Notes under the pieces: model-generated
What the model saw: only the letters and a program-made list of their open reading frames with translations
Database searches by the model: none
What the model was told of the DNA's origin: nothing
Part shown: positions 7,877 through 9,312 of the stretch, piece by piece
Position numbering within the stretch: position 1 is the stretch's first letter
Layout of the letters: every line of letters begins with the position of its first letter
Made by a program: the position numbers and the translations under genes
Source of the DNA: Octopus sinensis
Lineage: Eukaryota
Length of the DNA stretch: 9,312 nt
Direction: 5' to 3'
Assembly: GCF_006345805.1 (NCBI RefSeq)
Contig: NW_021827960.1
Location: 1 to 9,312, forward strand

Positions 7877-8004
7877 TTATCGACCATGGAAGGATGAAAG
7901 GCTAAAAGAACCCCCAATGGGATTTGAAATCAAGACGTAAAAACCACGTAACGCAATACTTCAAAACCGTTTGTACGTTGCTGTACCGATTTCTGCCATC
8001 GCAC
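7877..8004 (-). mobile_element. Old, diverged copy of SINE family 1
   Basis: Minus-strand gcctttcatccttccatggtcgataa (7877-7902) matches 3433-3458 at 23/26. Head tggcagaaatcgg (7986-7998) corresponds to tggtagaatcg; gatttcaaatccc corresponds to the B box. A remnant may extend to about 7810. Confidence 0.7.
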
Positions 8005-8115
8005 AGTTGTTTTTTTTTCTTTTTCCGATGGTAATTTTGTTATTAGGGAGAAATTATCGATAACCATACTTTGGTTATGGTTTAAGAGTCAATGATGGAG
8101 TGTGCTGTGTGAAGT

Positions 8116-8166
8116 GGGGTGGGTGGGTGAGCGGGTGAGGAAGGGAGGGAGGGAGGGAGGGAGGGA
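8116..8166 (+). other. G-run cluster: (GGGT)-like runs plus (GGGA)6, G-quadruplex motif
   Basis: Ten runs of at least 3 G, starting at 8116, 8121, 8125, 8133, 8143, 8147, 8151, 8155, 8159 and 8163. Confidence 0.75.
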
Positions 8167-9312
8167 GGCAGTAAGTGAGTGCGAGTGAAGGAATGTGTGA
8201 GTGAGTGTGAGGGAAGAGGTTGTAAGTGAGTGAGTGAGTGAGTGTGTGGAGGATAGGGCACAAGTGAATGAATGTGTGAGTAAATGTGCGAGTGAGTGTG
8301 TGAGTGAGTGAAGGAGTGTGTGAGTGAGTGTGTGAGGGAAGGGGTTGTAAATGAGTGAGTGAGTGTGTGTGTGAAGGATAGGGCACAAGTGAATGAATGT
8401 GCGAGTGAGTGTGTGAGTGAGGGATTGTATGAGTGAGCATGTGATTGAGTGAGTGTGTGAGGAAAGGGGTTGCGAGTGAGTGAGTGAATGTGTGAAGGAT
8501 AGGGCACAAGTGAATGAATGTGTGAGTGAATGTGCGAGTGAGTGTGTGAGTGAGTGATTGTATGAGTGAGCATGTGATTGAGTGAGTGAAGGAGTGTGTG
8601 AGTGAGTGTGTGAGGAAAGGGGTTGTAAGTGAGCGGGTGAGTGTGTGAAGGAAGAGCGCAAGTGAATGAATGTGTGAGTGAGGGAATGTGCGAGTGAGTG
8701 TGTGAGTGAGTGATTGTATGAGTGAGCATGTGATTGAGTGAGTAAAGGAGTGTGTGAGTGAGTGAATGTGCGAGTGAGTGTGTGAGTGAGTGATTGTATG
8801 AGTGAGCATGTGATTGAGTGAGTAAAGGAGTGTGTGAGTGAGTGAATGTGTGAGTGTGTGAGTGAGTGATTGTATGAGTGAGCATGTGATTGAGTGAGTG
8901 AAGGAGTGTGTGAGTGAGTGAATGTGCGAGTGAGTGTGTGAGTGAGTGATTGTATGAGTGAGCATGTGATTGAGTGAGTAAAGGAGTGTGTGAGTGAGTG
9001 AATGTGCGAGTGAGTGTGTGAGTGAGTGATTGTATGAGTGAGCATGTGATTGAGTGAGTGAAGGAGTGTGTGAGTGAGTGAATGTGCGAGTGAGTGTGTT
9101 AGTGAGTGATTGTATGAGTGAGCATGTGATTGAGTGAGTAAAGGAGTGTGTGAGTGAGTGAATGTGCGAGTGAGTGTGTGAGTGAGTGATTGTATGAGTG
9201 AGCATGTGATTGAGTGAGTGAAGGAGTGTGTGAGTGAGTGTGTGAAGGAAGAGGTTGTAAGTGAGTGAGTGAGTGTGTGGAGGAAGGGCACAAGTGAATG
9301 AATGTGTGAGTG
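8167..9312. repeat. GAGT/GTGT-based complex minisatellite (80-bp unit nested in a roughly 125-150-bp unit), continuing beyond the window
   Basis: Marker gattgtatg at 8423, 8556, 8712, 8792, 8868, 8948, 9028, 9108 and 9188. Second marker ggttgtaa/ggttgcga at 8218, 8343, 8468, 8621 and 9253. Confidence 0.95.

Noticed and set aside
8075-9293. Long minus-strand ORFs (267-400 aa, His/Thr/Ser/Leu-rich)
   Set aside because: They translate the GAGT minisatellite. Three frames are open because the C-poor + strand rarely has TCA/CTA/TTA; no domain or splice evidence.
8167-9312. Telomeric or subtelomeric repeat, suggested by the G/T strand bias
   Set aside because: No TTAGGG-type arrays are present; chromosomal position cannot be inferred from this window.

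Overview
Eukaryotic, AT-rich, non-coding DNA (intergenic or intronic) dominated by repeats. I can support no protein-coding gene, tRNA/rRNA gene or CRISPR array; the supplied ORFs are low-complexity read-throughs of micro/minisatellites or SINEs. The window holds four tRNA-derived SINE copies from two lineages (Pol III A/B boxes visible). From memory, not from a search, they resemble the abundant octopus (cephalopod) SINEs. It also has a hAT-like MITE nested in one SINE, two local tandem duplications of 184 and 189 bp, a 26-bp palindrome-cored minisatellite, an 80-bp GAGT-based minisatellite with higher-order structure that runs off the 3' end, and many di-, tri- and tetranucleotide tracts. 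I see no evidence of a new gene system. The most interesting signals are structural: a SINE/MITE composite with two left ends and one right end, and repeated B-box-containing SINE segments.
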